From Phoronis australis (lineage: Eukaryota; Animalia; Phoronida): a stretch of DNA of 64,000 nucleotides. The notes under the pieces are model-generated. The model did not search any database. It was not told the origin of the DNA and was given only the letters and a program-made list of their open reading frames with translations. Position numbers and translations under genes: made by a program. This document shows, piece after piece, positions 50,692 through 63,880 of this stretch. Every line of letters begins with the position of its first letter. Position 1 is the stretch's first letter. The stretch covers positions 803,809 to 867,808 of the forward strand of contig NMRA01000114.1 in NCBI GenBank assembly GCA_002633005.1, given 5' to 3'.

Positions 50692-51765
50692 CTGTAATGC
50701 AGTAGTGTCCATTATGAGAAAGAACAGAAAATACTAGCCAGTTTGGAAACAATATGGCAGACAAGGGAAGTATTAGCAAGAGTAATCACAAGCGCACACG
50801 TGAATATTGACAAATCCAAATCAAACATTTATTACGAACAAAACGAAATGTTGGACAAAAAGCAACACTGTTATTAAGGGAAATTTTATTTCGTGAAATT
50901 GCTCATCAAACTAATTTTTTCATGAAATTTTACTTTGCTTTCACCATGGTTTGCTCAGTACAGATGTTACTCATCACAGTATTTTAAAACGTTTTAGCAT
51001 TTGCAGCAATGTAGAAAAATGGAAATTTTAGCAATTATGGCATAATCACAATAAATTAGTACAAAATATGGCGCACAAGTGAAATTTCATTTTTTATTTT
51101 TCATTGAAGACAAGTAGCTCAAAGGCTGTGAAGATGTCTGGAATCCGAAAAACAGACTAAATTGCAATATTGAAAGTGCTTCTCTGCCACTGAAATAGAA
51201 TTCAACCTGCTCACCAGGTATTTTTAGGGTTTATTTGTAAAGATTTTTAATTTCTGTTGATGTCCCAGCATTTTCTTTTAGTTTCAAATTTCAAAAAACC
51301 CGATCTGTAAACTGCTTGTCACTTCATCTACTTTTTTCCTAGCCATAGCACACTTCCCTTATATGAAAAATGTGATCTTTGACCTCAAGCGACTTCAAGC
51401 ATTTGACTGTGAGCACATGGGCGCATTTATCATAAGTGGGAGAGGGATTAAGAACTCTGTGGTAACCACAGAGTTTCTCCTTTCTGCATATTTCAAAAAT
51501 CATGAATTTAGTGATTTTTTCTGGAAATTTCTGACAGGGAAAGTGAATTACTATGTATAAGAACCAGGTGGTACTTTCGTCAGGAATTGTTTAAACGATA
51601 TTTTTGATGAGCTTTTGAGTTCCATGTTTCTTTAACAGTCTTATATTATACACCATAGTAGCCATTGAATAATGCTTTGTCAATAGTCAACAGTGGTTGC
51701 ACTGGGATTAAGTATATTAATATAAACATTACGTGCACCAGGTTTTAGTGGAGTAAGCTACTTAC

Positions 51766-52018
51766 CCTTGGTCAGAGAATGTATGGCCATCTTGACTTGC
51801 GAGAAGTTACCTGATCCCAGCTCCCCCTTCAGTCTATAGAAGCCAATCCTCTTGCCGAGCGTGATCTCTTTCATGAACCGCTGGTCATTAGCCAAGTCAT
51901 AGGTCAGTCTATCGTAGGCAGATAGCTTGTTACTGTTCTCTTTGTCATGGTCACCAGCTCCATTCTGACGATGGATGACTTCGTTGGACGACATCGTTTG
52001 CGTCATTTCCTTCGTCAT
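51766..52018 (-). CDS. NIM1K: NIM1K first recognisable coding exon (acceptor at 52040; start codon uncertain)
   Basis: Encodes MTKEMTQTM...KEITLGKRIGFYRLKGELGSGNFSQVKMAIHSLTK G|gtaagt. The frame stays open back to the acceptor, so an upstream coding exon is possible. Confidence 0.88.
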
Positions 52019-55000
52019 GAGTCTGGGCGCTGGCTCATAACTGTTAAGATAGAGCGCTATGGTAATTCTTCTAATAATTTGCAATAGTGTTACAAGTTAC
52101 TTTTTCCAAAGACATACACTGCGCCAGTTGGTTGGTATGGTTGTACAAATTAACCCCAGTAGGCCTTAACTAAGGTGAATGAGCAACACTATTGCAGAAG
52201 ATATTAGGATTTATGATGAGCACAGAACGTTTCAGAAATGTAAAGAATGAATTATAACTTTATTGAAGTTGGGAATGTGGGCCCTACCATACAAAACTTA
52301 TAAATAATGGGCAAGTGTCATACTGGAACAGTTATAACACAACTACCCCAATAATATTATAATGCACATAACTAGCCTGTTGACAAAGTCCACCTGTCAA
52401 ATCTTTACAGGTAAAAACTACTTCTTCTAACAGGGACCTCACTCATCGGAGGAAATAAACCTGTGCTCTCTGATATATTTTCACCACCAGTTCCATTACC
52501 CTAGCCACCACCAAATCCAGCTCCCAATTACTGAAGAGGGAATTTCAGCCAAGGTGAGGGGATTATGAGGGATTCTTAATAATTTTCAGAGGGGAATATT
52601 GAGGTCTATTTTTGACCGTTGAACCAACGAATTCACAACCCAATAAGTCTAATGACGGGCAAAAAAGATACTGAAAGTCCTAATAAGGCCTAGCACATAG
52701 TTAAGCACGAATACACAAATGGTTAGCAGGACATTAAACTGGACATAAAGTATTTTTATGAGCATGAAAACAAGCTTACTTCCTATTTATTAATATTTTT
52801 TGCATTACAGAGCTGTCACAAAATAATTTACTTTTATTGCTGAAAATTGAAAAATGCCAATTTTGGTACTTATTTCTGTGCAGAATATTCAATATTCTAA
52901 AGAATATCATGCAATAAAGTGTTGATTTCTAGTTGAATATAACGGCATTCTACTTTGACTTTAACATGGTTTGCCCAACAGAACTGTCATAGGGTTGTGG
53001 AGGAGCCTTTTGCTGAGAATTCTGTGGACAGAATTAGATTTGCGTTCTAAGAGAAACCGCTCAATACCGCTCAATACTGCACTTGTGTGGAAATATTGCA
53101 TCAACAGTTACCGTCTCTCATATTCTACAGTTTCTCAGAACAACAGGAAGTGAGAATCGTGTTATTACGCCACTTCCTAACAACAAGATGTGGTTAAGCA
53201 AATTGGGAATCCCACACATTAAGCTCCATGCAGAGATCATTAGACCTACAAGTCATCAATGCTAACTTCAACCTATGTCAACAGATGGTGTCGGTGTTGC
53301 AGTCCTATTCACTTGATGAAAGTACCTAGTTGGTAACAGTTGTCCCAATATCACGGTGATCTTTGACAAGTCCAGGCCATAAGATCTCTATGAAGTTTCA
53401 GTGTTATTTGTGAACAGGTAAAGTTATGTATTCTACCAAACATAGGTGTTGGCAGTTTTCCATCGCTACTGCAGCCAGACAATAAAATAAACCAAGTTTG
53501 CGCCCCTGATAAAATCTAGCTCCAGTAGTAGCTGTTCCCCTTTCCAAGCAGCAGCAAGGTCAACTCGTCAAAACAAAATGCATTTCGTAACTCATGGGCC
53601 AGAAATGGATTGACATTTTTCAATATTGAGATGCATGAAACACTGGACCAAAAACAGAAGATTAATCGCTAAAGAAACTGACGCTCAGAACCACACCCTA
53701 TACTGACAATACACGTTTTTTTTTCATCACTTGGAGTACACACAGATCTGAGGGTAAATTCCAATGATTGCAGCACCAATCAATGTAAGTTTTATTGATC
53801 AGCAAATAACACGTTGAGTACACGTGCATGGTACTTCTTCAACTTTTTTGCACACAATATGGCCGAGTGTCGCATGGAATTTGTCAAACAAATACCCGGA
53901 AAATTTAGACAATGATCCTGTTAATACTACCGTATATAGTTGTCATAACATAACACTTCGTAATCCTTTTCATCACTTGAGATTTTGCAGTCAGTCTTTG
54001 GAAAAAAGACAATTTTTCGCAGTTATTTTCTACAGAAATAACCGATGAATTAGCTTGAACATGTTGTTCTATGGTGGACAGATATAGATACTGTGACAGA
54101 TGCAATTCTTGCCCCAAGAAAGTCGCCTGGTGACAGAATACAGCAGAAGCAGTAGACCTACATATTTCTGCACCTATTTTGCCAAAAATAATCGCCAAAA
54201 TTGTCAGTTTTCCTAGCAGCAAGTAATGGAAACTAATATAAAAATGTTCGTTACAACACCTATGCAGTACAATCCAAGCAAACAAAAGACTAGAATCAAA
54301 TCTTTTTAGTGAAATTCAGCAAAAAAGAAAGGTACACAGCAGTATCAATGACATAATCAAAATTTGACATGAATGTTCAAAGTGAGATTTCAGAAATCAC
54401 AGAATAGTTTTCTAAAATATCATTTCGAAGTCAGCCAAATTTGGCCATTTTTATAGGGTCCTTCATAACTTCACAGTGCTGTGAATTCCATTGTCAATTC
54501 CATGTTGCTATAAAAAATAACCAGACATTTCTGAACAAATGCTTGAAGTTATATTGAGCCTTATGTTGGTGGGCTGCAAGATTGTGAAACAAGAGTGAAG
54601 CTGGTTACTATGGTGAGCCAAAGATAACATCTCCGAGCGCTATTGCAACCACTTATTCAGCACACAGTAAGGTCGACAAGTGAAATTTTTTGGTTGTGTT
54701 TAATCCTCAGCAGAAAAAATTAAGAAAAGGTCAGTTTTTGACATCTTGGTTTGTATTGTGTAGAGGTTATAAAACAACATAAAGTTCTATTCATCATTCT
54801 ATGAAAATTAAAAAACTCACAATTTTGGCAATTACTTTTGTGCGAAATAAATGAAAAAATTACCGTAACCAAGAAAACCAGAAGTGCTCACTTGACCGAC
54901 TCGATTTTTCGAAGGATTGCAAAATCAAATTAAAACATTTGAAGCTTGCCGGTAAATGAAACAGGGTGTGCCAAGGTAACAGTCACATTAGCTTAAGAGT

Positions 55001-56267
55001 AGAGTGAGACAAGTGTTTTCTGTGCGCCACAAGTTAATTACGACTGACAGTAAGTTCAGTAAACCCACCTTAGTGAAAAATTACTTGAATGTGACAGACA
55101 CAGAAGGGTGCTCAATCATCGTAAAATTGATTACTTGAACCTGCTTCGGTAGTGGTCAGGCTCCACAGCGGAAATGATCTTGTACGTAATGAAAGTTGAC
55201 TGTCTGCTTATCACTTGTTCACAGGAAAACTGAATTCTTCATAAAACTTGGGTCAAAAATAATGACTAGAATCGCCAATTTCCTATTTTTTTAATTGCCA
55301 CAAACATTCAAAATTTTACCAAATGCTGCTCTGAGTGTACCATACAAAGCATACAGTATCATTGAAGCCAAATTTTTTACTGCCTAGTTTTGTCCTTCAC
55401 TGTGTATGCCTCTTCACCATAAAAGGATTCCACAGGATTCCACTTCCGATACCTGAACTCGAGCAAAGGATAATGCATGCGTGTGCCATTTTCGGATATG
55501 CAATTTCAAGGGCGGCCATCACCCCATTTAAGTCTGAGGAATTTTCTCGAGTTGTTGATGACTTTGATGTTCTTGTTGGTGACGGAATTAAAATCTTACC
55601 GCAGCACGAGACCGACTTTATAATAAAGAGCACTAATTAGTTTTCACTATTTAGCCAGCTAAGGACCAATGTAACTTTAACTTTCAGTTGTTCGGCACAC
55701 TGTGTTAACCTGACAAATTTTATACTGAGGTCTTAAGACAACGACAATGCTATTAGCCACAAATGTTAAAGTGATACACGGTGCTTTCATGACTGATCAC
55801 AAAATACTTGCTTGATGAGCCATAACGCTAATGGTCCTGAGAGACCCTCAGGAGTTGGTATATAGTGCAACTCTGGATGGTCTGGGCTCAAAAGAAAACC
55901 ACTGGATAGTTCCTAATAACTGAGAGTCTACACCAATGTGATAATGGAGTGTAATTCTACTTATTAGTGCTGCATCAGCTGCAGTTATGCTTATCTCTTT
56001 TATCACACACAATGTGTGACTGGGCAAAGCCTTTTCAAATTAGTGTAGGTAATCCAGTGGAGCGTGAGACCCCTAAGGTCCCCAAGTCCTCACATTATGA
56101 GCTCACATGTGTTCACAGCACACTCACCCTGTTCCGTTAGGCTATAGGCTTCCTACCATGTAATACATTCGCACTCTCTAACATTGAATGTCTTTATGCT
56201 GTCACTATTTATTTCACTGTTTATATCGGTTCCTGCCACCATGTTCATTTTACCTATTTTCCTGAGC

Positions 56268-56528
56268 ACGAGGCGGCGCAACACTGAAAAAAGTGGGGGG
56301 GCTTAAAGCCCCCTATGGTGCGCCGCCCATGATCTCCCATATTTTGGGTGCAGTTGTGAAGCAAAACACCAAGAGACGATACGAACAAGTTAAAATATTT
56401 GGAGACCACATGTCTCATCCTCAGGAAATAGGTAAAATGAACATGGTGGCATGGTCTATAGGCGGCGCACCACAAGGGAGCTGGGGGGGCTTTAACCACC
56501 ACACTTTTTTCAGTGCTGCGCTGCCCGT
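56268..56528. mobile_element. MITE, about 260 bp, GC-rich TIRs
   Basis: ACGAGGCGGCGCAACACTGAAAAAAGTG...AAAGCCCC is inverted against GGGGCTTTAACCACCACACTTTTTCAGTGCTGCGCTGCCCGT. Confidence 0.75.
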
Positions 56529-56647
56529 AGGTTGAAAGCACGGATGAATGTATATTAAGCTGTGAAAAAGTACATTTGTTCCTTCACTAACCAAGTTGTG
56601 TCAATAGGGCAGCTACCGAACTATGCAAATAATGCTTTCCTAATACA

Positions 56648-57101
56648 AGGGGAGGGATCATTAATTTATCGGACTTCAAAACCATACAGCTGGACTGCAA
56701 AACCAAATGGCCGGTGATTCAATGTGGTGTTAGGACTTTAAAACGCGACGGCCTCACTCAAAAAACTAGTTGGCTGGACCCAAAACACGATGGCCGGCGC
56801 TGTAACCACAGCTGGCCAATGATCAAACAAGATGGCCAGACTTCTTAAGAGACTGACTTTGAAAGTCTCAAAGCATTCACATGATTTTTGCGTACAAGTT
56901 TGTTTTCTTTGTTCAAAATTGGCGATTTGTTTGGCCATTGTGTTTGAGCACCAGCCAACCAGTTTTAGGTCTGGCCAACCTGTTTTTAGGTGCGGCTATC
57001 TGGTTTTGAGGTACCAGACATCTTGTTTTCAGGTCTGACCAATAGGTTTTCTAGTCCAGCCAGTTGGTTTTGAAGTCCAGCGAATTGCGAAGTCCTCTCT
57101 T
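56648..57101. mobile_element. MITE with internal TGGCC/AAAACC subrepeats
   Basis: GGACTTCAAAACCA..GCTGGACT (56671) is inverted against AGTCCAGC..TGGTTTTGAAGTCC (ending 57078). Confidence 0.7.
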
Positions 57102-57138
57102 GTAATAACAATGTTCAAATTAAATAAATATCATTCTT

Positions 57139-58271
57139 GGGATTCTTTAGGTGAAAACATCGAAAAATTTGTGATTCTAAGGACACTATCAGTTATTCCT
57201 GGGACGAATTGCAACAATATTACATTTTTCCCATTAGGTCAGTGTTATTGTATGTTTTTTACCACATTCCACCATTTCCGGTTGTTCAGTCCCCATCTTA
57301 TATAGTCTTGATGCTGTGGTGCTTTTACAGAAATGCGATTTTTATTGTGAAATAGCAAATTCTGCTTCCCCCTGTGAAAAGTTGACATACCTGAACTCCC
57401 TTTTTAATCTATTTCCCCTTTTCTGATGCCTGTGATTTTCCCGTAGTAGGATGTAGCATTGCGCGAATATTTGCCTGAATCAGGGGCTCAGCAATGGCTC
57501 TGTCCCTTCACTCAATATGTCATACAAGATCAGGGTCTGTGACCACCAAACTTTGCATGACGCATTGTATGGTACCTTTCACGTAATTTTCTTAATTTCG
57601 CATATTATGATTGGCTGATTTCCAAGTTGAGTCTCGAGAAACGGTNNNNNNNNNNNNNNNNNNNNNNNNNNNNNNNNNNNNNNNNNNNNNNNNNNNNNNN
57701 NNNNNNNNNNNNNNNNNNNNNNNNNNNNNNNNNNNNNNNNNNNNNNNNNNNNNNNNNNNNNNNNGGGATTCTTTAGGTGAAAACATCGAAAAATTTGTGA
57801 TTCTAAGGACACTATCAGTTATTCCTGGGACGAATTACAACAATATTACATTTTTCCCATTAGGTCAGTGTTATTGTATGTTTTTTACCACATTCCACCA
57901 TTCTCGGTTGTTCAGTCCCCATCTTATATAGTCTTGATGCTGTGGTGCTTTTACGGAAATGCGATTTTTATTGTGAAATAGCAAATTCTACTTCCCCCTG
58001 TGAAAAGTTGATATACCTGAACTCCCTTTTTAATCTATTTCCCCTTTTCTGACGCCTGTGATTTTCCCGTAGTAGGATGTAGCATTGCGCGAATATTTGC
58101 CTGAATCAGGGGCTCAACAATGGCTCTGTCCCTTCACTCAATATGTCATACAAGATCAGGGTCTGTGACCACCAAACTTTGCATGACGCATTGTATGGTA
58201 CCTTTCACGTAATTTTCTTAATTTCGCATATTATGATTGGCTGATTTCCAAGTTGAGTCTCGAGAAACGGT
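57139..58271. other. Assembly gap (N 57646-57764) flanked by a 507-bp direct duplication, probably a haplotype overlap
   Basis: 57139-57645 and 57765-58271 are identical apart from about 8 substitutions, and both abut the N run. Confidence 0.9.
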
Positions 58272-58802
58272 TGGTGGTCCTGATCTTGCGACCACTGAAC
58301 TTATACTTTGCACTCAACAAAGTCATGAAAATTGACCAATCACACTGCATGAAATTAGAAAATTACACCAAGCAACAGGTAAATGTCTCACCATCAAAGA
58401 ACAATATGGCAGACAAGTAAAAAATCGTTTATCATTTTTTCATAAAATAGGTCTTTACCATAGCCACCATCAGACAATCTTGGATTTGAGAAATTGTGAG
58501 ACCTTACAGTAATGTTAGCAGCCTTTGAAAAAAAAGCCAATTTTGTCGATAAGTATAGTCTAGTCTAGGTAAGCTTTCACCATAGATGTAAACCCAAATC
58601 CTGCCTAGCTAAGCTACAAAACACTCAATTGTTTAAACACTATAAATGGAACTAAAATCGACAATACCTCGAAAGTAACCAAGCCATTCCTGCACAAAAG
58701 TGATAAACATCATGATTTCCATCATTCCCACAATCCCCACTTAAAACTGGCAGCAAAGTGCACTGAGATACAATCCTATCATGACCTTTTACGAGAGATA
58801 TA

Positions 58803-58959
58803 GATTAGTACATGGCGAAGTCGTTATCCCGTTATCTAGAGACCGAGTGGATTTTGGAGAATTATCGCCCGAGGGACGTTAGCCCGGAGGGTGATAATTC
58901 TACAAAATCCACGAGGGCTCTAGATAATGGGGGATAACGACTGAGAACATGTAATAATC
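58803..58959. mobile_element. ~157-bp imperfect hairpin, terminus of a Crypton-like non-autonomous element
   Basis: GATTAGTACATG..AGTCGTTATCCC..TTATCTAGAG..GTGGATTTTG.AGAATTATC pairs with its reverse complement around a CCCGAGGG..GCCCGGAGGG apex. Family assignment is inference. Confidence 0.6.
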
Positions 58960-59513
58960 AATTTATACCGCATACTGAACGAGAAACATTGCGATGAATC
59001 GATCTACCTTTATCGACTTGCCTCGGCGGCTTTGTAACTACTTTCTATGTCAGAGGCCCGGGGTCGGAGGTCGTGACCTTTTAAGAAAGCCGAGCCATTT
59101 TTGTCAAATAATGCTTTTACTCAAAACCAGTTGAAAATTTAAACAAAGTAGAAATAAAGTGAATCTATAAATTAAGGTTTAGCAACTATTATAGCTTACT
59201 ACACATTTTATCATGCTAAGCTTCGACCGGGAAAATATCGTCTGCTAAAGTAGGTTACCAATAGTAACTGACTATAATGCTCAAGTCAAAGGATCCCAAC
59301 ATGTTACCCGCATTCAAATTGGAGATCCGTAATTTACACTGAAGTGAGAGAACACGAGAGAAAAATTTCACTGAATTAAAATATCGTTTTTAAGGAAATT
59401 ATGCGTCTTATTTTTCATAGCGTATAAATGTCGGTGCAATGTCCCTTGCTGAACATGCGATTGTTGCGCGTGCTCATTTAAGTATTCTATTTTCACGCTT
59501 GATGACGTCAGCC

Positions 59514-59583
59514 GCTGAGTGGTGTAGTGGTAAAGTCGGCGACTCGGAACTCTTGAGGCCTGGGTTCGAATCTGGCCTCGGTT
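59514..59583 (+). mobile_element. tRNA-like sequence (pseudo-tRNA or SINE head)
   Basis: A-box TGGTGTAGTGGT and B-box GGTTCGAATC; GCTGAG/CTCGGT acceptor-like stem. D and anticodon stems do not pair. Confidence 0.55.
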
Positions 59584-62500
59584 TCCTGCCAAAATGTTAT
59601 CTCAATAGTGAGATAACTTTATGGGTTATTACATGGTTGTATCTGCCATTCGAGGCTAATTTTGTGGTATAAAGACTAATAATAATTTTATTTTCGTTTC
59701 TTAGCCTGCAAGACTAATCAGGGGGAAATATGCAGCTTTAAAATAAATGAAATAATGCCTAATGACTGAGAAGCTATTAATTTCCGTACAAGCAAGATGG
59801 AAAAAATCAACCTTTTAACAACTGTTTCACATGCTACTAATAACTCATATTTGTGAGTCACCATGGAGACACAGGCCACTGTAGTATTAATCTTATAAGT
59901 ACAGTTGCTACAAGTATAAGGCCATATTCTTTATCTGTGTTATAAGGCAGATTACTACATCAGCATTTTTATGCTGCACAAACCTTTCTGTATTTGCTTT
60001 AGTTATCTGCAGTCATCTTAATAAACTTATCAGTGAACTAGCCCACCCAAGAAGTCTGCCCACTTCAGATTATCTGAGAATAGGGTAATTTAGCTTTCTG
60101 ATTCCTAAGTTGTGAATTGCACTGCATAACAAAATTTGCACCAGTTACAGTGCAATTTGCTTTCAACTGCTAAGCAGAGCACTGCAACAATGTCACAAAT
60201 GCACTAAAGGGCTGGACTGTCCAGTGACTGTGTGAGACCTGGGTGAGGACAACAGCTGACTGCAGTAGACTGTTCAGTCAAAGGGTGCTGGTAACATGGT
60301 TTACAGTAAATATCAGGAGTCTCACCAATGGTGCAGCTCCCGTTTTGAGGTGTTTAGGTCGGCGAAAGCATAACTCCCAGATTTAAACTAACAGCATGGC
60401 AACTTGTCTCAAAATATCAGGATTGAACTGTGCAGTTGCAATTCATACGCTAACTCTACTACCATGAGAATAATGGTTAAGTTCATGACATGCTGCACAC
60501 CTAAATCTAAATCAACTATGCCACCTAGTGTTTAATCCCTACAACAAGAGGTAACTCTGATGTCACTACCAGAGAGGACTAACTAGAAAAGGTTGCCATG
60601 GAGTTTCGATAACAGGAAAGTGACAAATTACAGACCAGGGTATGACCTCAAAGTAATTACCCAGGATGCTCAAACAGGGGAACTACGGCCACCAGGATGT
60701 GGGTGTTTACCCAAACAGTCGATTCGTTTACATAAAAAATAACAAACTATGATGTGCCTTCATCATTTCTGCACTCAGTAGGATAATATCAGAACGCAAA
60801 TTTACCATTTCACTTCCTTTCAAAACTAGAGAGTGTTTTCCCACTCAAATAGAGGAAGATTCCATTAGCAGTATGCGAACTGCATACACTTTGAGAGCTA
60901 TAATTCTCGTGAGACAAGCATTCACAAAAACATTGAGAAAGTCTCCACCACATAAATTTAAGCCGGGCGTTAAGCCGGGAATTCTAAAGGATAAATTTGG
61001 AATTTCCAGACATGGGTGCCAAACTAACATAGGGTTAGTGTGGACTTAAAGTGTAGTAAAAAATGGAAGCCAAGAGTTATAAATTTCTCAACAAGTATGT
61101 ATTAGAATCCTACATCAGTAAGGAATTTTATGAAACTGGTTTGATGAGGCAAAATTCCATTTTCATTTTATATCCAGTTAAATAAGGCGAAATGCACTTT
61201 TACATTAGAAAATTCAAAAAAGCAGGATATGGATGTTAACCTGAATGAATACAGTAATTCAAATAATTGTACAATCCTTCCAGAAAAATTGAAAACACAC
61301 AAGTGTTGAAAAGACATTGCATTAATTCACATGCAATGAATCTTCAATTATGAAGGAAGCACAGGGATTTTAACAACCTCTAGAAACTTGCATTACTCGT
61401 AAAATTATAAACAACACCAATATGAGTTTAAAGGAACAAACAGTGGCATAAGAAGAGTACAATGATTTCAAATTCTGGAAAAACGATTTTTTTTTCACGT
61501 ATCGCTGGGCTTCTTGTGCGAATCATTTGAACATCTTGCCCAAAGAGTCACGGTAATTTAACAACAAGGTGATCACAAAGAATAAGGAATGCTGTGAATT
61601 GCCACAGATATACATCTCTGAAACACAAAGGACATTGAATGCTTGTTCACATTACTGGTATCTACAACTTATTTCAAGACACAGATGTATAGAAAAATAG
61701 CTAAAATACAATCAAGAGTGGCATTTGCGCAGAAAGGAAATTTCACCTCAAAGTACAAAAATAACCAACAATTTTTGAACACTAGGCACAAATACCCGAT
61801 TTTCAAACAAGTACTATTCAATTTAAAGAATTTACTCACTTGTGTTGAAATTAGTGGACTAAAGCACACTCGCGGATACCTAATGGCTATGAAAGATGTT
61901 TTCCGTTGGAAAAAAAAAGGAAACCAGAATAATATACTGAATCTAACAACACAAGACAGCATAATCTGTTGCCATAGTAACAAAGCATAAGAAAATTTAA
62001 TTCAGCGGCAAACCATCAACTTCCAGAAGAAAGTCATATCTTGCCACGTCAATTAGTGTCAAACAAAATCGTTAACGGCACATCAGAAAAATAAGCGTGA
62101 TTACACTGTCATCGAAATGCGAAATATCTTGTCTGTTTTTACAGCACCGACACCTCTCTGCGCCTAGCAGTTTTTACGTCTGTCACTTCATGTATACCTG
62201 CCAGCATAAGTATAAGGGCATGTACATACCATAATTTAATTTGATTCCTTGAGAGCAGGGTATATGGCTGATAAATATTTTATATTACTGTACAATCTGA
62301 TTCACACACCTAGTCAATAATTAAGAGTCAAAGACACCTTTAGAACTGCAAATCACATTAGCTGTTGCCAATCTAACCTTGAAGGCAATTGATGACCTCC
62401 ATACAATCCATGTACAGCACAATCAGGCTATCCATGCAACACAGCTCACTCTGTCATGAGCACGGCTACCGGACACATAAACTCAGCTTCTCGACTCTGA

Positions 62501-63880
62501 CAAACACAACCCAGCACTCTTATTAAAAAATCGCCTCATGTGCACCCAAAAAAGTCTCCCTCAACTCACACGACTTAAGTATCACTGTTGATATGCATGA
62601 CTCGAGCAAAAAGCCTGAGAGCCGTGTCTAAAGGTTCTGAATTGTAGACCAGCACGGTCCAAATCAGTGCTTTTTGAGCATGTAAGCCGTGTTGTAAGTG
62701 CGAGACCGTGCTTTTGAGTAAGTGAACTGAGTTTACAGGTCTGTGTGCCATGTAGTTCGGGTAGCCTGATAACAGCAACTTTAAATTCACTAGGTATAAC
62801 CAGCACCAGTGCCACAGGTGCAGAATTGCATGCATCCATCTAAAATGTCACATGGGACTGCCTGACGTCTCAATACTATACAAGATGGACAACATCAAGC
62901 GATCCCCAATTTAGCGCATACTCGCCGAAATTGTGCAGGATTACGCCCTACACTCACAGGTCTCCACGTCTGCAAATATGACACCTTACCTCATTCAGCA
63001 TTGGACATGACAATACCTCTGCAGCGGACATTATAAACGACTGAGTTGAGAGATATCGACTAAAATCAGAAATTCACTAACTAGGACTATAAGACTAATT
63101 TTCATTAAAACAAAAACATTACTATTAAATTTTCATTCAATTTACACTAAAGATTTCAACTTTTCAACAAAATGAATTGTTTCTCTGCGGAATCATAATA
63201 AAATGCAGTCAGGAAGATCCATGTGAACTGCAGAGGATTAGCTCCGTGTGAATTGCTAAACTCCTAATTCATAGCATTGAAAATTTAAATTCAAAAGACA
63301 CTTTACAGTGAAATAACCATTTAAATAAAACACCCTCGCAGAGATTCTTCGTGACAGTTAAAAAACACGAGCTCAGACAACCATCACACCATGCTCAAGT
63401 AAAACAACGGGCCTGAACAATACTTTTACAAATAAATCATACATCATTTCCAGGACTCTTTTGTTCATGCAAACATACACTATACAGCATTCACAGATCT
63501 CTGATAAAAAATTTATAACAAAAATTCACAAAAATCATTCGTTAGTATTGATTCCTTCCATCTCACAAAATCACACACACAGTTCTCATATAAACCAATA
63601 ACCAACCTATTCTGATAACAGCGGCAACATTCAAAGACAATTTGCTCACAAATGCCTGTAGATATTAAAAACACAGATGCTTTATGAAAATTAATTTCAT
63701 AGTCGTAGTTAGTGAATTTCTGATGTTAGTTGATATCTCTCGATTCACTTGTTTATATTGTCCGCAACAGACAAGTTGTCAATTTTCGTTTTACTTCAAC
63801 ACAAATTTAAAATAGGGTTCTGTTATTTTGGGACAGATTATTATTATGGCTTATGTTTGTCATTTCTGGGATCGAGATTA

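Noticed and set aside
57139-58271. 507-bp direct repeat that could be read as LTRs or a segmental duplication
   Set aside because: Both copies abut the N gap and differ only by scattered substitutions, typical of unmerged haplotype overlap at a scaffold join.
59514-59583. Functional tRNA genes here and at 24737, 32745 and 50078
   Set aside because: A and B boxes are present but the cloverleaf stems do not pair; treated as SINE heads or pseudo-tRNAs.
1052-62839. The many 60-130 aa ORFs in the supplied track outside the called exons
   Set aside because: They show no recognisable domains, many start at non-ATG codons, and they lie in introns, UTRs or repeats or are antisense shadows of real exons.
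62990-63040. Minus-strand exon candidate (…GAG|GTAAGG) as the NIM1K first coding exon
   Set aside because: Its ATG frame is phase 0 and would hit TTA TGA on joining the 52040 acceptor; at most a UTR exon, and unsupported.
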